A stretch of 64,000 nucleotides of DNA from Antechinus flavipes (lineage: Eukaryota), in NCBI RefSeq assembly GCF_016432865.1, contig NC_067403.1, forward strand, positions 2,046,001-2,110,000, in the 5' to 3' direction. The notes under the pieces are model-generated. The model was given only the letters and a program-made list of their open reading frames with translations. It searched no databases and had not been told where the DNA came from. A program made the translations under genes and the position numbers. Position 1 is the stretch's first letter. Each line of letters starts with the position of its first letter. Positions 12,835 to 26,090 of the stretch are shown piece by piece.

Positions 12835-13365
12835 TTGATGGGCTTTCTGAAGAGCCCTTCATTTTTCTACCTTCATTAGACCTCATCTGGAACACTGTGT
12901 TCAATTCTGTGTGCCACAATTTAAGAGTGCTGATAAATTGAAAAATATACAGAGAAGAGTAAGGTCTCTTTAGTCCAGCTCTTAAGAATATTGATTTCTG
13001 GAAATGGAGCACAGAAAAGTCATGGGCACACGATAGCTATCTTCAAATATTTGAAGGGTTGTGTCATGTGGAAATGAATCAAACTTTTTTTTTTCCTTTG
13101 ACCTCAGAGCACAGGAAAAATAAGTAGATACTGTTAAAAAAAGAAAAACAACTTTATTCTTAAAGTCAGAAGAAACTTCCTAACAAACAGAATTATTCAA
13201 AAGTGGAATGGGCCACCTGGAAAGACAGCAAAGGGTTCCTGATTATTTGAGATCTTCAAGAAGCTGGATGACCATTTGTCAGATATGTTGGGAGAGGAAG
13301 TTCTTTCATCTGCAACTTGGATTAAATAATGATCATTGACATGCCTTCAGACTCTTAAGATTTGC
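12835..13365 (+). mobile_element. CR1/L3 LINE 3' fragment
   Basis: From 12878 it reads RPHLEHCVQFCVPQFK (CR1 motif RPHLEYCVQFW.P.FK), followed by typical L3 3' sequence. Confidence 0.75.
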
Positions 13366-14109
13366 AATCCAGTGAACACTACAGAGATTTCTAAATGAGA
13401 TCCAAGGTCAAGCAAGAGATCTTACTTATAAACCCCACAGGAAAAGGAAAAACTAGTCAATGAGAAATGTTAATTTTCTAAAGGATTGCATAGAGTTGGA
13501 TAAGTAACACATTGAGTTAATTCCTCAGTACAGAATACATCTTGGACAGATATCTGAGATGGACAATGCACTGGTCCCAGAATTTAATATAAAAAGAGTA
13601 GATTGCATAATACTTAGGTTTTCAATTATTCCAAGTTGTTTCCTATTAAATTTTAATTCACCAAATCTTTATTTAGGGCCAGGTTTTGAGCTCCACAAAA
13701 AAGAACATAGTCCCCACCCTTAAGGAACTTACATTCTATTGGAAATGTAGTATATATACCGATAAGTAAATTAAATATATAACCAAATAAATACAAAGTA
13801 CTTGGGAGGGTTGAATTCTATGGCCACTGCCCTACCTTCCAGTTCTAGGTCCAAGATCTTTTGGAATAATACCTGATGTTCTAAGCTCTTTGAAAGCAGG
13901 GGCTATTTCTCTCTTGCCTTTGCTCACCCAGACCCTAGAAAAATGCTTGACACAGAAAGGGTTAACAAATGCTTGTTGATTGTTTAATTGGGCCCAGATA
14001 AGCTGCAGCTTGACTATGACTTGCATATGAGAAGTGGCATAAAAGGTAATAGGGATGTATAAGATTGAAAAAGGAGATGTGAAGGTAAAGTGTTAAAAGT
14101 AAGTTATGC

Positions 14110-15363
14110 TGCAGATAGTATAAAATATTTGGGAATCTACATGCCAAGGGAAAGTCAGGAACAATATGAGCAAAACTATAAAACACTTTCCACACAAATA
14201 AAGTCTGATCTAACCAATTGGAAAAAGATTAAGTGCTCTCAATAGGTCGAGCAAATATAATAAAGACAACAATACTAAACTAATCTACTTATTTAGTACT
14301 TATTTAGTAGTATACCAATCAGACTTCCAAAAAACTATTTTAATGACCTAGAAAAAATAATAACAAAATTCATCTGGAAGAACAAAAGGTTAAGAATTTT
14401 AAGGGAACTAATAAAAAAAAAAAATCAAATGAAGATGACCTAGCTGTACCTGATCTAAAACTATATTATAAAGCAGCAGTCACCAAAACCATTTGGTATT
14501 AGCTAAGAAATAGATTAGTTGATCAGTGGAATAGGTTAGGTTCACAAGACAAAACAGTCAATAACTTGAATGATCTAGTGTTTGACAAACCCCAAAACCC
14601 CAACTTTAGGGATAAGGATTCACTGTTTGGCAAAAACTGCTGGGAAAACTGGAAAACAGAAACAAGGCATTGACCCACACTTAACACCATATATGCAAAA
14701 ATGTTTGTGGCAGCCCTTTTGATAGTGGCTAGAAACTGGAAATTGAATGGATGCCCATCAGTTGGAGAATGGCTGAATAAGTTGTGGTATCTGAATATTA
14801 TGGAATATTATTGTTCTGTAAGAAACGACCAGCAGGATGATTTCACAGAGACCTGGAGAGACTGACATGTACTGATACTGAGTGAAATGAGCAGGATCAG
14901 GAGATCATTATACATTTCAACAATACTATATGATGATCAATTGTGATGAACGTGGCCCTCTTCAACAATGAGATAAAGCAAATAAGTTCCATTTGTTCAA
15001 TAATGAAGAGAATCAGCTACATCCAGTGAAAGAACTATGGGAAATGAGTACGAACCACAACGTAGCATTTCTACCCCCTCTATTTTTCTCCATTTGCATT
15101 TTTGATTTCCTTCTCAGGTTATTTTTACCTTATTTCAAAGTCCGATTCTTCTTGTGCAGCAGAATAACTTATGGATATGTATACATATATTGTATTTAAC
15201 ATATACTTTAACATTTTTAACATGTATTGGTCTACCTGCCATCTATGGGAGGGGATGGGGGGAAGGAAGGGAAAAGTTGGAACAGAAGGTTTTTCAAGGG
15301 TCAATGCTGAATAATTACCTATGCATACATCTTGTAAATAAAAAGCTATAAGAAAAAATTTTT
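14110..15363 (+). mobile_element. 5'-truncated L1 with an internal deletion of about 0.7 kb
   Basis: It aligns by eye to the full-length copy 41310-41887, jumps to about 42600, then carries a 3'UTR and A tail. The diverged TSD is AAAAGTAAGTTATGC (14095-14109) / AAAAGCAAGTTATAGC (15364-15379). Confidence 0.9.
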
Positions 15364-16114
15364 AAAAGCAAGTTATAGCAAACAGGTGACTGGAGCTCTT
15401 CAAAGACATCCATGAAATAGTAAAAGAACTAGAGAACGTCCCCTGCATATTGAACAAATCCTTTTACAGCAATAGACAAGACTTCTCCAGGATGAGGAGA
15501 AAACCTAGAGGGACTGCAGTCAGTACCAGTGAGTAGAGTCAGGGAACTCACAAAATCACAAATCCACCAATATTTAAGGGTATACTCACTTCAGGAATCT
15601 AAAATTTCAACAGGAACGCATAATTTCCCTCCACACAGGTACTTAATGAGCATAAAGAACAGTTCCTGTCACATACACTGTAGGAGCTTAATAAATACTT
15701 ATTGACTTGACATTCATTGTCATAGACTATTTTGATAGAACCTATAGAGCAACCTTCCCAGAATAATGTTCATAAATAATTGAAGAAAATGCTTATTTTT
15801 GATTAGAAATTAATGTAATATATAAGCAAGTTCCTGCCCCCCAAATCTGTTTAAAGACCCAGGTCCAGTTTTTATACATTTTAATATTGGTGGATAAGTA
15901 CTGTCTATAATTGGACCAATAGTACATAAGACTGGCTCAATCCTCCAGAACCTAAAATAGCTGCAATACCCAGGGCAAGACAATTAACACCACCAAACAG
16001 TGTGGGATTGGAGAGAGACAGAGACTAGAGCTGGAATTTCACTGGGCTGAAGAACTTTCTCTACCTGTGAAGGCAGTTTGGATGCAACTTGTCATGTTGA
16101 ACAGTTATCTGGAA

Positions 16115-16250
16115 CAGAAGGGTCAAACTCAGTCAAGTCAAACGTGACCTACAACTCTCCATGGTGACTGAACAAGATTAAAATGTATGGGAAATACTTG
16201 ACAAAATCAACAAGAACAAATTAAATGGACACTCTTAATATATGGTTTTC
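16115..16250. mobile_element. Fragment of an old hAT-type MITE
   Basis: CAGAAGGGTCAAAC TIR-like start and AGATTAAAATGTATGGGAAATACTTGACAAAAT body. The other end is not seen. Confidence 0.4.
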
Positions 16251-19200
16251 AGGTGACAATCATGTAATGACACCAAGTGCTATGAAAGCTCAATGGAGGG
16301 ACGGAAAGGATCACATGAAGTTTCCTAGAAGACGGGGGTGGGATCTGAACCTCAAAATCGAGTAGAGAGGCAGCTAGAAGGCCATTCCAGGCAAGTCAAT
16401 TCCTGAGCAGAGGCACTAAGGGAAAACATCAGGAAGTATGTTGGGGAGACTGGATGAACCAATTTGGCAGAAGGGAAATGTTCTGTTTAGAGAACAAGTA
16501 AGAGGGAAGGGGAAAAGATAATATCATCCATTCATTCCACAAATTCTTCATGAAGACCTACTAAATTGACATACTACAGAAGAAGAATACAAAAAAAAAA
16601 AAAAAAATGACCTGGTCTCTTCCTCCTGAGATGCCAAAATCTAGGAAAAAGGAGAAGAAACACAAGACAGTTGTGCCCTAAGTGAGCAAACAAGGAGAGA
16701 AACACAAAATGCAGCAGCCATGTTGAGAAAGACTCCAAAAGGGAATGGATGGGCAGTAGTGTATTCCCCAACCTGGTTCACTGCTTCTGCCAGGACCAAC
16801 TTTATGAGGCTGTGCATCCTGACTCAGCTTCATCACAAACAGCCAAAGCTCCATTTGGGAGATGGAACCATTCCACATCCAGCTGCCAGGTCTGCTGTAG
16901 TTCCCATTAATACTCCTGGTGCACACTCTATGCAGGGGTGAATTGATAGCCCTGCTCATGCTGCAGCAGATGTATCCCCTTCTGTTGGGCAGCCCGTGAA
17001 AATACCATGTAGAAGAAAAATCTGTGGCTATCTCTGCCCTGTGCCCCTTCTACTCCATGACTTCCACCATAGAAATGGAATGAAAGATTTCTGTGGGAAT
17101 TGAGCTCATTGTGTAGGTTTTAAGTCGTTGTTTGCTATTGGATATGGCTATAATTCAGTCAAAGCAGAGGAAGAAAAATTCTTCCTTCGTTTCTTCCTTC
17201 TTTCCTTTATTCATCCCTCCCTCCCTTCTTCCTCCCTTCTTTCCTTTTTTTCTAATTCCTCATACTTTTTTTTCTCTAATTTCCCCATTCATTTAGTTTT
17301 TTAAAAAGCTTTGTAACTTTGGAGATTGCATATGGAAATACTGTCACATATCTCACCATATTTTTGCTTTGATGCACCTCAGAACTCCTCATTTTCTGAC
17401 CAAGCCATGAGACTTTTGTTTCTGTGCTTCAGCTTTTAACAATGGCAGTGGTGGTGCCGCCGCCACACACACAGCACTAAGATTGGCACTCACCGTTTGT
17501 TTTATTGTATTTTATGCCAGCGAGCAATGGACAAGATTGTGGTAGCCATTTTAGAAAATAATGTTCAGACAATCAAATGCCTGTTTCTAAAGTCTGAGGA
17601 TATCCCAAATAGGAATATGCCATCATTCTACACTAATATGATCAGAAGAGTGAAGATGGATGGCAGAACAATTCGAAAGAATAAAAGAGGGAGACATGAA
17701 AAGCAGCATCCAAGATGTTCTTTTACAGTCCTAATGAGGGAGCATTACCTTCTTTAGCCTTTGCATCTGGGGTCTCTGCATATAAATTGCTTTCAGAGAT
17801 TTTCATTCTCCAAGTTTAATGAGTCTTCACTCATGAATATAACTATTCTTTTCCAATTACTGTTTCAGTCATTCTTATATTTTTTTCCCTTAATTATCTC
17901 TACTCGTGATTAGATTAGGTAAGATTTGAGGATAGTTGACCCTCCATAAAAAAGATAGCCTATTGCATGAATATTTGGTTATCTTTTAGAGAAAATACTT
18001 TCTATTTGGGTACCAAGGAAACATTCCAGCTGAGCAAAAATTGAGTGTCTGCTGTATCTTAAACTCTGTGCTGGGTGTGAAGCGGTAGAAAAATAAATGA
18101 GATTAGGTCACTTGCCTCCAAGTATGGGTTACATATATCCAAACCTATCTCTCTGAACTATCTCTCTGACCAATTTTCTCACTAGTGAAATGAAGGGGCT
18201 AAAATAGAATATTTCTAAAATATATTTCAACTCTTAAAAACCTCATGAAAGCTGTGAAATAATTATAATGAACAAGAAAAATATCAAAAAATCTAAGAAT
18301 TAAGAAGAGAAAACTCATTTCTAGCTTTCAGAGACAGAATTATCTGGTTTTATGAAAATAGTACTAGGTCTAGAGTAAGAATATGAATATGATAAACAAT
18401 TTTGACTTTCACAGGCAAAGGGAGTTGTTCATTTGGCAAAAAGTATACAGACTAAGTTAGAGGGAGAGAGACTTGAAACAAGGGGCCCTGTGAGAAGTTA
18501 TTACAGCATTCTAGGTGAAGGAAAATGAAGGTCTAAACCAGAATATGGCATTTTTTTGACTAGCTCAAGTATTTTGCCAGACATTACATCTTATATGCTA
18601 ATTTTTTTTATTTCAAAAGAGCTATATGAAATACCCTTTAATTACTCTCATCTTAGCAATGGTTAATTCCTGTAAAATCTGGTCCTTTTATCTTAAAAGT
18701 GGGAAGAAACTTCCTGGAGAATTAGAACATCTAAGCTAAAACTACACTGTGGTTAAAGGGCCAAAACAAAAGATTTGCCATTTATCACTCAGTCTCAAAT
18801 AGGAAATTATGAGATCTAGCCTTAGTTCTAGGCTCTTTAACATTTTTGCAGTTTCTTAAACAAAGGCACACATACTAATCAAATCTGAGTGTTGCAAAGC
18901 TTGGGGTGGGATCTAAAATTTTGAATGCCAGAACAGGCATCCCCAAGTTCTCACAAACTAGAGTGTTTATCTGACTCTAATAAAGAATCATTTAATAAAA
19001 ATAAACACAAAATTTTAACTTTGTATTTTTTTAAAAATCCATTTTTCAGGTAAAAAGATGGGTCAAAGTATGTGACTATGTGGCAGTTAATCTTAAAAAT
19101 ACCTAAGGTTTAAGCAGAATGCAAACATGATATAAGTGAAGTCATCCTATCATTTGATCTAACAGTCAAAAAACCCTAATATGGTTTAATAATGTTAAGA

Positions 19201-19273
19201 GAATCATTTTCTATGACTAGGCAGGTACTAGCTTTGCTTTTACCAGACTACCTCTGAAGAATTGACTACATTC

Positions 19274-19623
19274 TGTAGAGGGCTGAAACGCTTGAGTCGT
19301 TGCACTGAGGTGAGTACAAGCACTTAGGGCTAATTACTGATTGGACAATACTCTATGGGTATATGCTTGGATAATGGCCCTTCCCACTATCCTATGCTGG
19401 CTCAATGATTGGTGTATACAGAGGATTGCAGGAGGGACTAGGGGGTGAAGTAAGAGGAGCCAGGGTCACTTTAGCTGTAGACAAGGAAGAAGACGGTTGC
19501 GGAGATTCTGCTTCCATCCTGTTCACTTCTATCCCTAAAGACCAAGAATAAAGACTAAGGACTTTTGCTTATCCTCACTTTGGCTGATTCTGGGCTGTCC
19601 TGAGTACTAGCATGGTGGTCACA
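19274..19623 (+). mobile_element. Endogenous retrovirus solo LTR (350 bp)
   Basis: TGT...ACA termini and a 6-bp TSD with one mismatch (ACATTC 19268-19273 / ATATTC 19624-19629). It has two reverse CCAAT boxes (GATTGG) and AATAAA at 19547-19552, about 70 bp from the 3' end. Confidence 0.72.
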
Positions 19624-19812
19624 ATATTCAGTTTGACATGCCCCATTTTAGGCAAGACATTGATGGTTTTACTCATGATCTTTAATGTTTAGATGAAGAT
19701 GATCAGTATGGAGAAGAGTTTTGAAATAATATATATGATTTGTTTGAAAAAAACCAGCAATGTTTAGCTGAGAGAAGAAAAGATTTAGGGTTAAGGCAGA
19801 CATATTAACTTT

Positions 19813-20054
19813 TTCAAATATTTGAAAGTCAGCCAATCAACAAAAATTTAATAAGCACCTACTATGCATCAGGTATTCTTCTGAACACTATACAAGAAAG
19901 ATGAGGAAAAAAATTCAGAGCCTAACAGATAGCTTTCTTCAAATATTTAAAAGTCACTCAATCAACAAAAATTTATCAAGCACCTACTATGTTTTATCAT
20001 GCACCCTTCTGAACACTAGGATACAAAGAAAATGAAAAAAAATTCAGAGCTTAA
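19813..20054. repeat. Diverged tandem duplication, period about 125 bp
   Basis: TTCAAATATTT.AAAGTCA..CAATCAACAAAAATTTA..AAGCACCTACTATG...CTTCTGAACACTA...AAAAAAATTCAGAGC.TAA occurs twice, starting at 19813 and 19938. Confidence 0.88.
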
Positions 20055-20100
20055 TAGAGAATGTGGTACAAATAACTACTTATAAACTATATAACATAAA

Positions 20101-20247
20101 NNNNNNNNNNNNNNNNNNNNNNNNNNNNNNNNNNNNNNNNNNNNNNNNNNNNNNNNNNNNNNNNNNNNNNNNNNNNNNNNNNNNNNNNNNNNNNNNNNNN
20201 NNNNNNNNNNNNNNNNNNNNNNNNNNNNNNNNNNNNNNNNNNNNNNN
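20101..20247. other. Assembly gap (147 N)
   Basis: Run of N in the sequence. Confidence 0.99.
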
Positions 20248-20729
20248 AGAGGAAAGGTACAGTAAGATGAAACAGAAAAAAAGTTTCTGGTAGAGGTGGG
20301 ATTTTGCTCAAAACTTGAAGGAAGGCAGCAAGTGAAAATATACAAAGTCAAGAGAGGAAATATCTTGTCCAAAAACAGCAAGGAGTCTAATGTCACAATG
20401 TTATAATTATACTAAAAAGGATTAGTCCTATTTTTTCACATTTTTAATTCTTTTTTTTATCACTTTTAGTTTTAATAATGTGTTTTGGTTTAACATTATT
20501 CTTATAAATTATGCCCATTTCTTGACAAATCTCCTGCAACAGAATAAAATACTTAGGTAAAACTAATAACTAATAAAAGAGCAATTTCATCTGAAAGTAT
20601 TTTCAACATTTCACACCTGTGTCACTCCCCCATCTATTTTTTAAAAAATTATCAGAAATCTATCTTGCCATCTTGTAACAGTCATAGTCAAGCAAAGCAA
20701 ATTCCTATTTCCATCAGCTATCTATAATA

Positions 20730-21910
20730 GATGCCATGCTTTCTCATTTGTTCTCTGTAATCTTGAACAGTCATCTTCTTAGAGCTCAGAAGTCTTAGAA
20801 CTTTCAAAGTAACTTGTTTTTATAGTGTTGCTGTGGTATTTATTGTGCTGGTTCTGTTAATTCCATTATCTGGTTATAAAAATTCTCAGAATTATTCATT
20901 TTTATAATAATGATGCTATCATATAAATTGTTCTTCCAAATGTTTTCACTTCATTCTCCCTCAGTTCAGAGAAATCTTTTTCCAAATAACATAAGTCTCA
21001 TTCTTATAGCATAATAATGTTCCTTTGCATTCATATACCACAAATTATCCAGCCATTCTTTAATTGTTGATCATCCTCTTGGTTTCCATTTTTTGCCAAT
21101 ACAAAGAAGCTTTTGGAAGTATATCTGCAGATGAAAGATGTTTCCTCTCTGAATTCTTTTGGTATAAACTTAGCATTGATATACATAGATCAAAGCATAC
21201 ACTATTGATAATCTTTTCCATTTGAATACATATTGCCTTCCAGAATGGGTATAACTAGTCACAAGTCTACCAATATTTTATCAATGTTCCTATTTTTCCA
21301 CAACCCCTCAAAACTTTATCATTGTTCATTTTTGTCCTTTTGTTAATTGCCATTTGTAATATTGGTTGGGATATAGTATGGTTAGTCCACCTACATTCAC
21401 ATTTTTAAATTAATCCCCTTGATATTCTTGACTTTTTATTCTTCCAAATGAATTTTGTTATTATTCCTTTCTAGCTTTATAAAATAAAATTTTAGCAATT
21501 TGATTAGTGTAGCAGCAAGTAAATTTATTTATGATGAATTATCATTGTTATATTGCCTCAGCCTGCCCATGAGCAATTAATATTTTCCAGTGGTTTAGAT
21601 CTGACTTTATTTGTGTAAAAGTGTTTTCTAATTGTATTCATATTGGAGCATTTTTCATATGGCTAAAAATAATCTGCAATTCTTAAGAACTGTCTATCTG
21701 CAACTTTGACCATTTATCAATTGAAGAATGGCTCTTTTTCTATATCTTGGGTATTAAATATTTATCTTTGCTGCAAAGATTTTTCCAAGTTATTTTTTCT
21801 CTCAATCTTAGCTTTAATGGCTCTGTGTATTCAAAGCTTTTTAATTTTATATAATCAAAGTTATTTTTCTCTCTCATTATGTTCACTATTTCTTGTTTGG
21901 CCATGAATTT
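20730..21910 (-). mobile_element. Old, diverged L1 ORF2/3' fragments
   Basis: Reverse-complement L1 motifs such as CATTCATATACCACAAATTATCCAGCCATTC and TTGTGTAAAAGTGTTTTCTAATTG, in T-rich, degraded sequence. Confidence 0.65.
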
Positions 21911-24599
21911 TTTTCCTTTCTATAGATATAATGGGCACGTTTTTGTTTGTTAAATTACCTAGAAAAACTCAAACAATTAGAGCTGTCCAAAAGTAATTGT
22001 ACTTAATTACATTAAAAAGTAATGATGCTTCTCTCAATATTCTAGTAAAATCTAGTCTAGATGACCACTTGTAGAGTACTTTATAATGAGGATTCTTTCA
22101 CATATAGATTAGAGTTGACAGCCACTGGACATCCCTTCCAATATTGACATTGTATGATTTGGTGAATCTAGACTCCAACTTACAAACTAAACCTTGGGAA
22201 AATCATTTTACATCTCAAAGTAACCTCATTTTTAAAAAATTAAGATAATAATACTTTACTATCTACTTAATAGGATAGTAATGAGTCTAATAAACCCCTG
22301 AAGTCTCCCAGACTTATGCACATTATATGTAATCAGTTTTGTACATAATAGCCAGAGTCCCAATCCAGTCCATTTTCTATTATCAGTCCATTCTAGAGTC
22401 ATCAATCTAATAAAAAAAAGCATTTGATCAGACAAATGCATGGTAAATATCAAGGAAGGAATCAGGCAATGTACTCTTTCTCTGTTGTACATACATCGGT
22501 GATAACAACCCCTTATATAGCAGAGGAATAATTTTCCTAGGGGAGAAAAAAACACAGAAGGTAGGGAAACTGTCCCTCAAGAAATATATGAAGAGGAAGA
22601 AAAATATGACATAGTGCAATCTTCTCTCAGTGATGAGCATGGAATGGTTTTATCAAACTTTCTCAGCTGGGATCACCGAGATTCTTCCTGAACTTCTGGT
22701 TTCAGACCATGGCAGTATAACTTCATATGTTCTACTCCTGTAACTAACTGCAGCCAAATACTACAAAAAGCCTCTCTGTTCCTACCCAATATAATGGATC
22801 ATGACTGTCACTTCCTACTAGTTCAGATCTCTTTCTGCTAATAAACTGCTAACAAACATCCTAAAACTTTACATGTGACTCTCAAATATTTTTTGTTTCC
22901 CTAATTTTTATCATGTGATACATTTCTATTCATATGCAATGTGTATCATGGAAATCCACCCTCCTATATCTTTCTCCAGTGAATGGTAGCTCCCTGGACC
23001 CATTCTTGTGGATACCTGAAACTTTACCATAGATCCTATGAGGGGCAGGCGTCCTGTGATATAATAAATGTGTTTTATAAACTGTAAGGAACTTATTAAA
23101 TATTAGTTTTTGCTATTATTTAGCCATTAACTGGTTCAATCACAATGTTTTGCTTTGGACAGCACGGTTTTAATCCTTCTCCCTTGGTATGTGAGAGTAT
23201 CTTTGATTCTGATTGGCTGGCTAATTAACAATGCTTTGCTTCCCTTGTTTTCCTCTTTCAGTTTTTACTGTTTATTTTCTGGATGATAAGTCCACAAAAT
23301 AATAATAGCTCACTCTTCTGTTCAAATCCCTCAGTGGTTCCCTAATACTTACTAAGTAAAGTTCAAAGTTCACTTCATGGACTTTAAGCTCCTCTAAAAC
23401 CTGGCTACCATCTAGCTTTCCATCCTTCTCCCATATTTCCTCATGTTTTTTAACTATATGAATTCCTGGCTTTGGAAATATCTGATACACCCTTCCTTCT
23501 GTACCTTTGCTGGCACTATTTCCTATGCCTAGAAATACATCATTTATGCATTCAGTAAGTGTTAAGAACCCATTCTGAGTGAGGCACAATCCTGAATATT
23601 AGGAACCTAAAGATAGCTACTACACAATCCCTGCTCTTAAAGAATGTAAAATCTAATGATAGAGAGTGGGAAGTGGGGCAAATATATACACAAAACTATA
23701 ATTAAAAAATAGAATAAGGTAAGTGCACATGAGAAATCCAAGAACAGTGCCATAAGAAATCTGATAGAGAAAAAGTTTATAGGATTCAGAGTTCACCTAT
23801 AAATAAATAACAAATAGAGGATAGATAGATACACAGACATAAACTACTGATCTTAACATTTAAGATATTCCATAATTTGACTCCAAGTAACTTTGCTAGC
23901 CGTTATACTATTGCCCCTTCTGTGTTCTGCATTTCTCTAAGAATGGCATTTCTGGTCCCCAGTTTCCTCCTTTTCTCTTCTGTCTCCTTGCCATTGGTCC
24001 ATAATTTCCCATAGCTGGAAAAGGAGTTTGAGGTCTCATACTCATAATGGATTCTCCTCCCAGTGAGTATGCCCTTCCCTGCCCTTCAGTGTCTGACTGG
24101 ATCAGTACCTTTACTAAGTCATCATTGATAATTCATCCTCTGTCCTTAAAAAAAAAATTGTTTATAACATAATACGTGAGCCTCTCCTTAGAGCTCTTGT
24201 CACTTTACCTCTAATATATTTTAATCTATTTTTCTGTCAAAGTCCATAAGATCTCAAGTTTCCTCACAGTTTGGGGATCCTATCCAAACTGGGTAGAATC
24301 AGTTAAGGGAGGGGGATATCCCTTCCAAATTTAAACTGTGAAAATATATCAGCTCCAAACTATGAAATTAGCAGGGATGAAGGGGAGCTAAAGAGCCTTT
24401 GTTATGTTACAGAGGAAAACAATACGAGATTATGATCAGCAACAATCTACTCAATAGCAAATCGTTTGGAAGAAGAAAATAAGCCTAAAGAGAGTTTGGC
24501 ATGATGCCCCACTAAACCAGAAAATGGACAAAAAGATAACAGAAAGAAAATAGAACAGAACTGCTGGGTCTTCTATATAAACAATCTGTCCTTATCAAT

Positions 24600-24815
24600 T
24601 GTTATTGAGTCATTTCAGTCATATCCAATTTTTTATGACCCTCTTTGGAGTTTTCTTGGCAAAGTACTGAAGTGGTTTGCCATTTCCTTCTTTTGCTCAT
24701 TTTATAGCAGTTGAGGAAAATGGGATTAAATGACTTGCTCAAAGTCAAATGGCTAGTATCTGAGGCTAGATTTGAACTCGGCCTGGTACTCTCTCCATTT
24801 ACCATCTAGCTGCCC
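24600..24815 (-). mobile_element. Mar1-type CORE-SINE
   Basis: Reverse-complement RTE tail (GTTTTCTTGGCAAAGTACTGAAGTGGTTTGCCATTTCCTTC), CORE and head. Confidence 0.8.
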
Positions 24816-24871
24816 ATTGTTATGTGACAATGAATAGTGGAAATGCCACACTTAAACTCTACCTCCCCAGT

Positions 24872-25243
24872 TCCAATGATCTTGTGATGAAGAGAGCCAT
24901 CTACACTCAGAGAGAGGACTATGGGAACTGAGTGTGGATCCCGACATAACATTCTCACTCTTTTTGTCATTATTTGATAGCATTTTTTCTTATTCATTTT
25001 CTTCCCTTTTTGATCTGATTTTTCTTAGGCAGCAAGATAATCGGATAAATATGTTTATGTACATTGGATTTAACATATATTTTAACATGTATAACATATA
25101 TTGGATTGCTTGCCTTCTAGGGGAGGGAGGGAAAGGGGAAAATTTGGAACACAAGGCTATGCAAGGGTCAATATTGAAAAATGATCCATCCATATGTTTT
25201 AAAAATAAAAAGCTTTAATAAAAAATATTTTGAAAAATAAAAT
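24872..25243 (+). mobile_element. 5'-truncated L1 (3'UTR only)
   Basis: L1 3'UTR and A-rich tail. TSD AAACTCTACCTCCCCAGT (24854-24871) / AAATTCTACCTCCTCAGT (25244-25261). Confidence 0.85.
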
Positions 25244-25839
25244 AAATTCTACCTCCTCAGTATGAAAGAAACTATGTAATAATGACTCTTTAAGTGAAGT
25301 TGATAAATAATGTTGGAGATAATGACATTTAGGAAAAAATGTACTATGGACCAAAAAAAATTATAAAGACTATGGGATACATTTTTAAAGCTATCTATAA
25401 GGAAACATTAACAGAAACAGTGAACAAAGAGATAACTGTGACTCTTGATTTTTACCTCATTACTCATCTCAGAAAAAAAAATTGTACAAAAATATCTGGG
25501 AATATAGCAAGTATATCTTTGATGAAAACACACAAAAAAAGGAATAGGCAGTTTTTGCAGAAAATTCTCTATAAAAGGACATGTCTTTACAGTCACACAC
25601 AAAACTGGGAGGTAAAGAGAAGAGCACGCAAGATCCTGCTGGCTCTATCTTTTGTTGGCTGCCAAAAAAGCATTTGAAACAATGGAGCAAAACACAGCTT
25701 TGTGTCTCTTCAAACAAGGTGTCCTGGATGCATATGTATAAAAAAACAGTTCTGTGAAATATGAAAGTGCCAGTAAAATAATCTACTGTCCATATCAAGT
25801 GAAGAATGAAACAATAAAGAGAGCAGTATGGTGGAAGGG

Positions 25840-26090
25840 AGATAATAAGATTTAAATAGTGCCTACCATGCACCAGGTACTATGCCAAAGGCTTTACAAA
25901 TTATTTTCTCATTTGATGCTCACAACTATCTGAGGAGATAAGTGCTATTATTATCCACATTTGATAGTTGTAGAAACTGAGGCAAACAGAGCTTGTGACT
26001 TGCCCAAGATCTCACCGGTAGTAAATGTGTGAGTCCATATTTGAACTCAGACGTTCCTGAATCCTTGCCCAGAACTTCGTCCACTGCACA
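25840..26090 (-). mobile_element. MIR-type CORE-SINE
   Basis: Reverse-complement MIR tail and CORE (AGAAACTGAGGCAAACAGAG...TTTGAACTCAG). Confidence 0.7.

Noticed and set aside
18934-18949. CAGGCATCCCCAAGTT as an orphan OC1 TIR (13/16 match)
   Set aside because: No OC1 subterminal sequence follows and there is no partner end or TSD.
20063-20396. ORFs spanning the N-run
   Set aside because: Artefacts of translating through the assembly gap.
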